A stretch of DNA of 64,000 bases from a virus, in the IMG/VR virus record IMGVR_UViG_3300046009_011911, positions 15,238-79,237 of that record; one strand, given 5' to 3'. Below are positions 38,019-46,346 of the stretch, piece by piece. The first letter of the stretch is position 1. The number at the start of each line of letters is the position of its first letter. The notes beneath the pieces were generated by a model. It ran no database searches. It was not told where the DNA came from and worked only from the letters and a program-made list of their open reading frames with translations. Made by a program: the position numbers and the translations under genes.

Positions 38019-38090
38019 CAAGCTTGTTTGATTGACAAATATTCCAATATTTCTTATAATATTGGTACAGTAAACGATACGGAGCATAAG

Positions 38091-38384
38091 ATGCTTGAAC
38101 AGATCCTCAAACAGCGTTTTGCAGAAAAGCCCACCCAAGAACAGCGTGAAATTCGGATGTATGGCTGCACCGTTGAACAGATGCGCGAAGCGGTAGAAGA
38201 AAGCCTCACTTATCGTTTTTCCGGCCCGGCCATGTACGTGATCAGTATGCTGAGCGATGCACAGGAAATGACCGCGCACTACACTGGGGCTCATGTTGAC
38301 ATGATGGTGATCGAAGATCAGCGTCAACTGCTCAATCGTGCTAAATGGATTTTGTCTACTTATGTTATGGAACAGCGGAGCTAA
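38091..38384 (+). CDS. Early hypothetical protein
   Basis: MLEQILKQ...SMLSDAQE. Confidence 0.7.
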   Translation: MLEQILKQRFAEKPTQEQREIRMYGCTVEQMREAVEESLTYRFSGPAMYVISMLSDAQEMTAHYTGAHVDMMVIEDQRQLLNRAKWILSTYVMEQRS

Positions 38385-38394
38385 GGAGAGCGAG

Positions 38395-38595
38395 ATGAAA
38401 ACCTATCAAGAAACAATTTTCCGTGAAGGCTGTGTGGCCCTTAATCAAGGATACATGGGAGAGAGTACTCGGCCCGATTATCAACGTGTAAACTTGATTG
38501 CCGAAATTTACGGTATTAGTTCTGAGGTTGTTCGCCGAGATATTCAGGCAGCAGTAGACAGTCCAGAAGTTCAACGTCGTATTCGTGGATACTAG
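38395..38595 (+). CDS. Hypothetical protein
   Basis: SD AAGGAG; MKTYQETIFRE. Confidence 0.65.
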   Translation: MKTYQETIFREGCVALNQGYMGESTRPDYQRVNLIAEIYGISSEVVRRDIQAAVDSPEVQRRIRGY

Positions 38596-38607
38596 GAGAT
38601 TTACAAA

Positions 38608-38796
38608 ATGATCAAGGTCATTACTAATAGCCTGGGCAGTGGTGATTGGCTTTACATTAAGCATCATGATGAAGTAGTATATGAAGGGCATCGCCCCAGT
38701 GTCCGGGATATCAAGTTCATGTTGGAACTCATCGGGCACAAAGTTGAGATGATCGAAGTCACAGACGAGCAAATGGAAGAAGGTGTTGAGGAGTAA
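38608..38796 (+). CDS. Hypothetical protein
   Basis: SD AGGAG. Confidence 0.65.
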   Translation: MIKVITNSLGSGDWLYIKHHDEVVYEGHRPSVRDIKFMLELIGHKVEMIEVTDEQMEEGVEE

Positions 38797-38803
38797 TTGA
38801 ACA

Positions 38804-39226
38804 ATGAGTACTAACAGCACTATTGCTTTTGAAAATGAAGATGGCTCAGTGTTTCAAATCGGTTGCCATTGGGATGGATACATTGAACACAATGGCAGGT
38901 TGCTCAATGAACACTGGCAGGATCCTGCTAAAATTTTGCAGTTGATACAGTTGGGAGATTTGAGCAGTCTGGGTCGAGAAATTGGACGTCAACAACATTT
39001 TGACAAAAGAAATTCAAATTGGTGCCTTGCGTATGGTCGTGACCGCGGCGAATCGGATGTAGGTGCCAGAAATTTCGAAAGTTTTGATCAGTACACTACG
39101 TACGGTGACTTTGCTGAATTCAACTACATTTTCCGTAATGGTCGTTGGCTAGTTGCTCAAGAAGATCTCAAATTTCAACCCTTGTCTGCCGCACTGAATA
39201 AAATTGCTGTGGAAGCTTTGAAATAA
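38804..39226 (+). CDS. Conserved phage hypothetical protein (HWDGY motif)
   Basis: MSTNSTI...CHWDGY...GDLSSL...AYGRDRGE. Confidence 0.7.
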   Translation: MSTNSTIAFENEDGSVFQIGCHWDGYIEHNGRLLNEHWQDPAKILQLIQLGDLSSLGREIGRQQHFDKRNSNWCLAYGRDRGESDVGARNFESFDQYTTYGDFAEFNYIFRNGRWLVAQEDLKFQPLSAALNKIAVEALK

Positions 39227-39253
39227 TTTTGGTAAAAAGAATTCACATTATGG

Positions 39254-39282
39254 TTGACAACATGTTCGAACTCAACTATAAT
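39254..39282 (+). promoter_or_regulatory. Sigma70 promoter
   Basis: TTGACA-17-TATAAT. Confidence 0.8.
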
Positions 39283-39347
39283 TTGGATATGTTTGCAATG
39301 GTGCAAGCATTCAATTTCAACTAACTTGTAAATTCTAGGAGTGTTAT

Positions 39348-39683
39348 ATGTTTAAAGTTGCTGGTGTTTCGACTCTCAAAGGTGAAGTCAAAGTTCGTTT
39401 TGCTAATGACATGACCCGTGTTAAGGTTTTGGCTAAGAATGGTCATACTGACATTGAACTGATGGAACTGCCCGAAGCTATGGATAAGCCTGCTGTGGTC
39501 AGTTTCCTCAAGACCAGTGCTCTGTATCTTGACAGCCGTTTCACTGCAGCGATTGATGCTGCGGATGCAAAGTATAACGGTGAGACTACTGTTAAGGTCA
39601 CTAAGTCCAAAGACACTAAACCCAGTCTTGAGGACCTTAAGACCCGTGCAAAATCTACTGAGGCAGTTCAAGTCGCCGAATAA
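39348..39683 (+). CDS. Conserved phage hypothetical protein
   Basis: MFKVAGVS...KVRFAND...RVKVLAKNGHTDI; own promoter, SD and terminator. Confidence 0.75.
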   Translation: MFKVAGVSTLKGEVKVRFANDMTRVKVLAKNGHTDIELMELPEAMDKPAVVSFLKTSALYLDSRFTAAIDAADAKYNGETTVKVTKSKDTKPSLEDLKTRAKSTEAVQVAE

Positions 39684-39706
39684 CTGCAAGTGTGCAAAAA
39701 CCAGTT

Positions 39707-39729
39707 AGCCCGCTATATGCGGGCTTTTT
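39707..39729 (+). terminator. Intrinsic terminator followed by late motif CATAAATA
   Basis: agcccgc-tatat-gcgggct-tttt. Confidence 0.8.
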
Positions 39730-39741
39730 CATAAATACCAA

Positions 39742-39951
39742 ATGGATCAACCACCTAAACTAAGAATAAGAAATCCTAAACTTGTAAATTTACAATCCGA
39801 TTCTCTAAAACCTAAAACTACTGTCAAAAAGTTTTTGGATAACGAAGATTTCGTTTTAGGAATAGTAATAGGTATAGTAGGACTAATAGCGTTAGAATTG
39901 TTTATTCTAATGATATATGGTTTGTTTGGTGCAATTTTTTCTAGTTTGTAA
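39742..39951 (+). CDS. Small membrane protein
   Basis: C-terminal TM; directly after the late motif. Confidence 0.55.
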   Translation: MDQPPKLRIRNPKLVNLQSDSLKPKTTVKKFLDNEDFVLGIVIGIVGLIALELFILMIYGLFGAIFSSL

Positions 39952-40106
39952 TGAACATGTACAAATATCAGCTTTGGGTAAGGATCAATAGCTATCAAAC
40001 TGCTCACACCATCGTGTATGCCAGTAATGATTTTGAAGCTAAACAGTTGGGTGAAGCACAGTATGGTGTAGGTAATGTGCTAAATTATACCAGACTGGAT
40101 GACTAA
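39951..40106 (+). CDS. 51-aa hypothetical protein (not in ORF track)
   Basis: MNMYKYQLWVR...AEAQYG-like...RLDD*; TAATG coupling. Confidence 0.55.
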   Translation: MNMYKYQLWVRINSYQTAHTIVYASNDFEAKQLGEAQYGVGNVLNYTRLDD

Positions 40107-40113
40107 ATACCAA

Positions 40114-40614
40114 ATGCGTGTAAAAGACATCATTACCGAATCTGAGGACATTTATGATTTACAAGATAGGCTTGAGAGGTCAGGCTGGCGTAAAAATGTT
40201 AAGAACGTTTTGACCGATTTATTTTCTCAACGATATCCTCAAGTAAAATTATATTTTGCTAATTCAAATATGGGCGGGTTATTTGTTACTACAGACAAAA
40301 ACAATCTTGCTGATCAAAATGTTATGCAGTATTATAGCGATCCAACTGATCATTTTAATGCCAGCATCATTGGACCCATGATTGAAGAAGATGAAACAGA
40401 ACAAAGATATGTTGGCTACGGTTTTGATTCTATCAGTAGCGGTAAATTCAAAGGTATAGTTGTGCCAATGCTACAAACTCTAGTTCCACCGCTGGCCAAG
40501 AAGTTAAATGCTCAACCTGCTGTGATGATAGCGGTAGAAGACCAAAGTGCTGGTGTTTGGCCGAAGATTGCTCAAAAATTAGGATGGAAATATTTTGATC
40601 CTGACCAGGATTGA
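40114..40614 (+). CDS. Late hypothetical protein with capsid-targeting-like N-terminus
   Basis: CTAAATA, then MRVKDIITESE. Confidence 0.6.
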   Translation: MRVKDIITESEDIYDLQDRLERSGWRKNVKNVLTDLFSQRYPQVKLYFANSNMGGLFVTTDKNNLADQNVMQYYSDPTDHFNASIIGPMIEEDETEQRYVGYGFDSISSGKFKGIVVPMLQTLVPPLAKKLNAQPAVMIAVEDQSAGVWPKIAQKLGWKYFDPDQD

Positions 40615-40639
40615 CCATACCTTAAAATAAATATATACT
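40611..40639 (+). promoter_or_regulatory. tmRNA promoter
   Basis: TTGACC-17-TATACT with overlapping AATAAATA. Confidence 0.6.
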
Positions 40640-40642
40640 GTA

Positions 40643-40951
40643 GTTTATTGTTGTATGAAGGAAGTCGAAAGACGAGCAAGACTCCGGGGCAGTGCCGGAC
40701 GGGTCCACCAAAAGCATATTGGGTGTTCTTCGGTCGAGAATACTTAAACGACACATCCCTCAGGTGTGCCAGTATGCTTCTGATGGGCCCGAAACAGTAT
40801 CGATTGGCGTGTAATAGATGACTGGACAACACGGTAGGCGATCTCCGTAAAAGAAGCAAAACAAGTATCTGCAAATGATGATACATTCATTGGAGCCCTC
40901 AAGCTAGCTGCTTGAACTTCACGGGGTTGGTAACCTTGTAACCCAATAACC
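40643..40951 (+). ncRNA. ssrA: Circularly permuted (two-piece) tmRNA; tag ANDDTFIGALKLAA
   Basis: 3' acceptor half (T-arm tccgg-GGCAGTG-ccgga, CGGGTCC-ACCA ending 40710) precedes 5' half GGGCCCG(40785); G3:U70 pair; tag ORF 40871-40915. Confidence 0.92.
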
Positions 40952-40976
40952 AAAAGGCACCTCTGGGTGCCTTTTT
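40952..40976. terminator. Bidirectional terminator
   Basis: aaaaggcacc-tctg-ggtgcctttt between convergent units. Confidence 0.85.
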
Positions 40977-41274
40977 ATTTGACTGAGTTTTTTAATTCGT
41001 CGTAGATTTTTACAATGTTTAATTGACTGGGATCGGATAGTCGATCTGAAGGCACTGGCAATTGCTGCCATTCTTCTTCAGACAGATCACAGGCAATAAA
41101 AAGTTCGTATTCGTGACCATCACTGGTGTAGAAAGTTACAGTCTCCATTCCAATTACACTGCGTGATGCTGATTCAGCTGCCCGAGCCAGATCCCGTAGT
41201 GCCTGAGGTTCCGCCACAATGTAAGCTCTTGTTTTAGGACCTTTATTGGAATGGAGATGTAATCTTGTTTTCAT
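40975..41274 (-). CDS. Hypothetical protein coupled to dnaE
   Basis: ATGA overlap with the DnaE stop. Confidence 0.6.
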   Translation of the reverse strand: MKTRLHLHSNKGPKTRAYIVAEPQALRDLARAAESASRSVIGMETVTFYTSDGHEYELFIACDLSEEEWQQLPVPSDRLSDPSQLNIVKIYDELKNSVK

Positions 41275-42941
41275 TCTAGGTGTTTAATTTCACTAAGTTT
41301 CAACTTCTTGTGTTTGTATATTGTAACATACTCTGTATTGTTTTTGTAGCCTAGTTTTCCCATTCCCCATAGAATCTGATGTTCATGAAAACTAGTTGCA
41401 TGTCTTAATACAACATCTAAATAACGACCATTGCCTGTGCCTAATGTAGCAAAGGTAATATAATCCTTGGGACCAGATTTGAACACACGATAGTTAGCCA
41501 CAAGACCACAAAATTCCACTTCACCAGGGCGTCTTATTTCTCTGCAAGCTGGAATGAATCTTGGACTGTTCCAACGCCCTGTTGTCATTAGTTCACTTAC
41601 TTCATAACCTTCAAATGGTGATCCAACTACACCAGCCAGTTTTGCTTCCTGCCAATAGACCCATTGTGCATAGCTGCCTTGACAATGTTTTAATGCTGCC
41701 CGCCAAAACTCTTTAGTGTTATGTGCTTTATGATAAGCCAATGCCCAAATTAAACGACCTAAATTTGTAGCATGAGCTCTACAAAGACCAAAATGACTGA
41801 GTTCTTTAAGTGCGGCAAATACATCATCTCGTCGGGGATGGTCACCTACTAACTGCATAAACTCAAACATTTTTTCTTCGTTCTTTTTAGCGAATGCACG
41901 CCGCCACATGTCTGCTTCATATTGATCGCAGCCTAAAATTTCTCCAATCAACTCGATGGCATCATCCTCAAATACTATGGTATTATCAAATCCATCTTTG
42001 CTCCAGTCTTGAAAGAAACTGGCACGCCGACGACCTTGCGTGGCCACTGGTCTGATCAATGCTGTGGCCATGACACAATCTGATCTATTCTTAGGCTGTA
42101 TTGCACGAAACAGTCTTTTCATAGCAGGGCTTTCTGCCTGTGTAACCCCCAATACATCACCACGGGCCAATAACTCTGCGGTGGCTTCATCCTCTTCAGG
42201 ATAGTCTAGTATATCACGTTGATCTATTTCCCACAGTTGACTTAGTCCTCTGTTGGCCAATATATCGATTTTGAAATGTTCTAGATCCTCGATTTCATAT
42301 TTGTCTAACAATATTTGATTTTCTGCATTTATAAGACTTTTTGGAACAGCACGATCAAATATCAGTATACCACCACAATGCTTAGATATACAACGTTTTT
42401 TACCTAGCAATTTTTTAGCTAAACGATGTGCATCTTCTGCATACTCAGGTACCACATCTTCTAATTTAAAATTACGTTTTAGCTTTCCTTTGGCACCATA
42501 TCGTTTAGCTGCCTCACGCATAGCAGATTTTTCTTTGTAAGTAACGTAATTACTGACTCGAGCACTTTGACCAGGCCAGCGACGAAAGATTCGATTCATC
42601 ACAGTTTCTTGCTGCCAATGCGGAAAGTCTAAATCGATGTCAGGAAGATCATCACGTTTTGGATTCATGAAACGTGACAGGGGTATACGATCTGCTACTG
42701 GGTCCACGCTAGAAATACCCATGAGCCAACAAATCAAACTGGACCCTGCTGACCCACGGGTAATGTGAGGTATATCTTTGGTTAGATCTAGTATTTCACG
42801 CACACGTAGAAAGTGTTTTGCAAAACCTAGTCGGGCTATTAATTCTAATTCTTCTTTGAGCCTTAAATTATATTCTTCAGTGTCTGGTATTTCTCTAATA
42901 AATTTATTAATTAGTAATTGAAGTTCATCATATCTATCCAT
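41271..42941 (-). CDS. dnaE: Family C DNA polymerase (DnaE-like), lacking the PHP domain
   Basis: RGSAGSSL, RFMNPKR, PDIDLDF, HCGG, KIDILA, GVTQAES, ALIRP, RAHA; C-terminal OB-like segment; only 556 aa. Confidence 0.85.
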   Translation of the reverse strand: MDRYDELQLLINKFIREIPDTEEYNLRLKEELELIARLGFAKHFLRVREILDLTKDIPHITRGSAGSSLICWLMGISSVDPVADRIPLSRFMNPKRDDLPDIDLDFPHWQQETVMNRIFRRWPGQSARVSNYVTYKEKSAMREAAKRYGAKGKLKRNFKLEDVVPEYAEDAHRLAKKLLGKKRCISKHCGGILIFDRAVPKSLINAENQILLDKYEIEDLEHFKIDILANRGLSQLWEIDQRDILDYPEEDEATAELLARGDVLGVTQAESPAMKRLFRAIQPKNRSDCVMATALIRPVATQGRRRASFFQDWSKDGFDNTIVFEDDAIELIGEILGCDQYEADMWRRAFAKKNEEKMFEFMQLVGDHPRRDDVFAALKELSHFGLCRAHATNLGRLIWALAYHKAHNTKEFWRAALKHCQGSYAQWVYWQEAKLAGVVGSPFEGYEVSELMTTGRWNSPRFIPACREIRRPGEVEFCGLVANYRVFKSGPKDYITFATLGTGNGRYLDVVLRHATSFHEHQILWGMGKLGYKNNTEYVTIYKHKKLKLSEIKHLE

Positions 42942-43022
42942 GTATAACCTTTTTGTGCCTTGAGTATTGATATTTATTGGTAAGAAGTTGTATAATTAAT
43001 AATCTTTACCAGGATTTACAAA

Positions 43023-43646
43023 ATGATTCTTTACCATACATTCGAAGAGCACACTCAATTACCAGAATATATAATTCAAGAAGTCAACTTTTTTAAAAAT
43101 AATGAATTCCACGACAGGAATTTAGAAACTTACAATAAAAGTCAGTTTGGATTTAGTGGGTACACATCCAGAGTTTTAACAAAAAATGGTAAACAATATC
43201 CTACTACAAAAACTCAGAGAACTGCATTAGGAGCAGACAGTCAACAATGGTTCAAAGATAATATCTGTTCGTCATGGACTGAATGTAGTTTTAGCCTAAC
43301 TTCCCCAGTCAGTGAATCTCACGGTCCACATACTGATGTAACTAGACTATGGCTACTAATGTATATTATCGATACTGGGGGTGATGATGTTACGAATTGC
43401 TTTTGGAAAGAAAAAGGTAAAGAGTTGTTGCGACCAGGTATTGAATCTATTACTGTTTGTGATTATAAGGATTTGGAATTAGTGGCAGAAACAAAATTTG
43501 CCGCTAACAAATGGGCACTTATAAATACCAAAGTCTTACACAGTGTAGAAAATATTCAAAAACCTCGAATTAGTATCCACATTGGAATGAATGATCTTTC
43601 AGCATTGAACACTTCATTCGCTCAATCTCTGAATATTCGAGCATAA
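43023..43646 (+). CDS. Possible 2OG-Fe(II)/cupin-fold protein
   Basis: PHTD (HxD)...LHSVEN...RISI. Confidence 0.5.
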   Translation: MILYHTFEEHTQLPEYIIQEVNFFKNNEFHDRNLETYNKSQFGFSGYTSRVLTKNGKQYPTTKTQRTALGADSQQWFKDNICSSWTECSFSLTSPVSESHGPHTDVTRLWLLMYIIDTGGDDVTNCFWKEKGKELLRPGIESITVCDYKDLELVAETKFAANKWALINTKVLHSVENIQKPRISIHIGMNDLSALNTSFAQSLNIRA

Positions 43647-43656
43647 TGTTCAATAA

Positions 43657-43691
43657 TTGTACTAGACAAATCTAGTACAAAACTTTATAAT
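43657..43691 (+). promoter_or_regulatory. ahpC promoter with perfect inverted repeat over the -35
   Basis: TTGTACTAGA-caaa-TCTAGTACAA; TAGACA(43663)-17-TATAAT(43686). Confidence 0.65.
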
Positions 43692-43713
43692 CACTTTTTA
43701 AAAGGAAAAAAAT

Positions 43714-44289
43714 ATGAAAACAGTTGGTGATCGACTTGAACCTTTTGTTGTTACCGGTGTGCGGCCGGGACAACCCGATGATGCTTTTTTCGATATTACA
43801 GAAGAAAGTTTTAGTGGTAAATGGAAAGTTATCGTTTACTACCCAAAAGATTTTACCTTTGTTTGTCCCACAGAGATTGTGGCCTACGACAAACTGGCCC
43901 AAGACTTTGAAGACCGTGATGCTGTACTGCTTACTGGCAGCACTGACAACGAATTCTGTAAAGTTGCTTGGCAACGTGCTCATCCTGATCTACAGAAAAT
44001 TCGCCACATTCAATTTGCCGACACGCAACGTAATCACTGGAATGAGTTTACCGGTGAAACTGTTCGTCGAGGACTGATTGATCAATTGGGTTGTTTCTAT
44101 CATCCTGCTGGTGCTGCGCTTCGTGCAACTTTCATCGTGGACCCCAACAATGAAATTCAACATGTCACTGTGAATAACCTCAATGTTGGACGTAGTCCAG
44201 AAGAAACGTTGCGTGTTCTAGATTCTCTTCAGACAGGAGAACTTTGTGCTTGCAATCGTGCTGTTGGTGGCGACACTCTAAAGGTATAA
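43714..44289 (+). CDS. ahpC: Peroxiredoxin
   Basis: YPKDFTFVCPTE, LRATFIVDP, VGRSPEE, GELCACN. Confidence 0.95.
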   Translation: MKTVGDRLEPFVVTGVRPGQPDDAFFDITEESFSGKWKVIVYYPKDFTFVCPTEIVAYDKLAQDFEDRDAVLLTGSTDNEFCKVAWQRAHPDLQKIRHIQFADTQRNHWNEFTGETVRRGLIDQLGCFYHPAGAALRATFIVDPNNEIQHVTVNNLNVGRSPEETLRVLDSLQTGELCACNRAVGGDTLKV

Positions 44290-44293
44290 AATC

Positions 44294-44968
44294 ATGCTAG
44301 AGATGCTTTGGGCATTAGGTGCTATTATACTAATCGACGTTGTACTTGGTGGGGAAAATGCCTTGGTTATTGCCATGGCAGCAAACAAGTTGCCCGAGCA
44401 TCTTAGACGTCGAGCAATGGTCTGGGGAACATTCGGTGCTGTGGCAGTTAGATTCTTGTGTGTTGCGGCATTGACTTACTTGCTAATGATTCCAGGATTA
44501 AGATTGGTAGGAGGGCTTGCGCTAATTTATATTGCCTGGAAACTAGTTAAACCTAGTGAGCATAATGAAGTTCGTGCTGCAGATACTTTCTGGGGAGCAA
44601 TGGGTACTATTGTGTTGGCCGATGCTGTTATGGGATTAGATAATGCATTGGCTATTGCTGGTGCTGCTAATGGTAACTGGTGGTTAATTATCTTTGGATT
44701 GATGGTTAGTGTGCCAATCATTATTTTTGGCAGTACACTAGTAAGTAGTATACTTACCCGATACCCTAGTACAGTTTATGTTGGCAGTTTTGTACTGTTT
44801 GTTGTATCATTTCAAATGATGCTTAACGAACCATTTGTTAAAGAAAAATACCAACAGATTGATTCATGGCTTACTGCTGTCGTACCTTGGTTTTTAGCCG
44901 TAGCACTTGTATCCCATCAATATTATTTGAATAACATAAGGAATAAAATTAAAAATGCAATGGGTTGA
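44294..44968 (+). CDS. TerC/YjbE family membrane protein
   Basis: IDVVLGGENALVIAMA, ADAVMGLDNALAIAGAA. Confidence 0.9.
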   Translation: MLEMLWALGAIILIDVVLGGENALVIAMAANKLPEHLRRRAMVWGTFGAVAVRFLCVAALTYLLMIPGLRLVGGLALIYIAWKLVKPSEHNEVRAADTFWGAMGTIVLADAVMGLDNALAIAGAANGNWWLIIFGLMVSVPIIIFGSTLVSSILTRYPSTVYVGSFVLFVVSFQMMLNEPFVKEKYQQIDSWLTAVVPWFLAVALVSHQYYLNNIRNKIKNAMG

Positions 44969-45467
44969 TACTTTAAAGGAAGGCTTACCTGACTACGCCA
45001 AAGATACTAAATTAAATTTAGATTCTGTTATGAAACGCAGTACGCTGGATCCTATTGAGGCTCAATGCGTAGCGTTGGCAGCAACATTTGCTACTGGAAA
45101 TAGTAAATTGTGGACTTGGATTTCAAGTCAGATTGCTGAATCTGCAGAAACTAATGCTGCGATTACTGCAGCCAGTCTTATGGCCATGAACAATGTGTGG
45201 TATCCCTATGTGGAAATGGCCAACGATGCACAACTAAAAGGACTGCCTGCACAACTACGCATGAATGCCATTGCTACCCACGGTGGCACTACTAAAGCAA
45301 GATTTGAAGCATATAGTCTTGCTGCAAGCATTGTAGGCAAATGTCATTTTTGTGTCAGTGCACATTATGAAACTTTAAAACAAGAAGGTTATTCAGTAGA
45401 ACAGTTACGTGACATTGGCCGTATTGCTGCGGTTATGACTGCAGTCAGTCGTGTAATGGTAAACTAA
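44955..45467 (+). CDS. ahpD: Alkyl hydroperoxide reductase AhpD
   Basis: LPDYAKDTKLNL, MAMNNVWY, GKCHFCVSAH. Confidence 0.93.
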   Translation: MQWVDTLKEGLPDYAKDTKLNLDSVMKRSTLDPIEAQCVALAATFATGNSKLWTWISSQIAESAETNAAITAASLMAMNNVWYPYVEMANDAQLKGLPAQLRMNAIATHGGTTKARFEAYSLAASIVGKCHFCVSAHYETLKQEGYSVEQLRDIGRIAAVMTAVSRVMVN

Positions 45468-45792
45468 GCCTTTGGCTTTTGGGTTCCGTTTTAGGCGGAC
45501 TAAAGAAATTGGATTTGTATCCTATACCAAGAATACATCCAATTTCTTTACCTGCTTCAATTATAGTAAAAGCACTGTTATCAAAGTTTAGAAAAAGATA
45601 AAATTCTGTTTTTTGGTCATCTCTTTGACCTAACCAAACAGGTTTTTCATTTACTTCTTTATCAGCAAGACCTTTTAACAATTGTTCTATTGGACCACAA
45701 AGAACAGGTTTGTTTACATTAACAAAATTGGATTGAGCGTTGGCTATGGTGCTGGTTAAGCAGAATAACGACGCCACTAGCAATTTTTTCAT
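45445..45792 (-). CDS. Secreted hypothetical protein
   Basis: Signal peptide; SD AAGGAG; TTAAATA upstream. Confidence 0.65.
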   Translation of the reverse strand: MKKLLVASLFCLTSTIANAQSNFVNVNKPVLCGPIEQLLKGLADKEVNEKPVWLGQRDDQKTEFYLFLNFDNSAFTIIEAGKEIGCILGIGYKSNFFSPPKTEPKSQRLSLPLHD

Positions 45793-45813
45793 AGTGGCTC
45801 CTTAAAACAGTAT

Positions 45814-46248
45814 TTAACACCAACTGGTCTTGGCTTCGCCAAAATATTCTCGAGCAAAGCCATTTTGAATTAACATCATACGAAGACTTTGCCCGTTTAA
45901 TAGTATATCACCAAGGACACGACCACCAAATTTGTCCCATGAATATAATACCACTTGTCTTTGCTGACTTTGACTGACCATTTTTTTGGTGAACTCAGTT
46001 GCTGCCAATCCCCTTTGCTTTTCAGATTCGCATTTAGCCAAGTGATTCTTTTCTGGAGTGTCCACTCCGAACACTCTGACTGCCAATTCAGGTTTGAGCG
46101 GTGCAGGTAGAAAGGGTGCAGCAATTACTACGGTGTCCCCATCATTGATACGAACTATTTGTGCATCGTAAGTCACACCTTGGGGTTGTCTTTGTGCTTG
46201 CGCATTTAACGCAATTACAGCAAAAAAAAGAGCAAAATATTTCAACAT
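45814..46248 (-). CDS. Secreted thermonuclease (SNase family)
   Basis: Signal peptide; DGDTV, RVFGVDTPE, DKFGGRVLG. Confidence 0.9.
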   Translation of the reverse strand: MLKYFALFFAVIALNAQAQRQPQGVTYDAQIVRINDGDTVVIAAPFLPAPLKPELAVRVFGVDTPEKNHLAKCESEKQRGLAATEFTKKMVSQSQQRQVVLYSWDKFGGRVLGDILLNGQSLRMMLIQNGFAREYFGEAKTSWC

Positions 46249-46289
46249 ATAAATTCCTTTGATATAAAGTATTTAATCAAATTCTTATT

Positions 46290-46324
46290 TTGTAACAAAG
46301 TTGTAACATTATTGTGTTTAAATA
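46290..46324 (+). promoter_or_regulatory. Pho box upstream of pstS
   Basis: 11-bp-phased TTGTAAC(46290)/TTGTAAC(46301)/TTGTGTT(46312), then TTAAATA. Confidence 0.65.
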
Positions 46325-46346
46325 TTAAAAACCACAAGGAGACTAG

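Larger units (their letters stand above)
36787..38086 (+). repeat. Four near-identical ~55-bp promoter+RBS cassettes (36787, 37028, 37607, 38030)
   Basis: TTGACAAATATTCCAWTATTTCTTATAATATTGGTAYAGTAAACRAWACGGAG; each pair differs at 1 of 55 positions. Confidence 0.92.

Noticed and set aside
36787-38086. Direct repeats as a CRISPR array
   Set aside because: Repeats are promoter+RBS units separated by 190-530 bp coding sequences; no cas genes
38395-38427. MKTYQETIFRE resembling the T4 capsid-targeting sequence
   Set aside because: Lies in an early operon with no late promoter; likely chance
40572-40953. Minus-strand ORFs 40572-40886 and 40744-40953
   Set aside because: Shadows of the tmRNA gene
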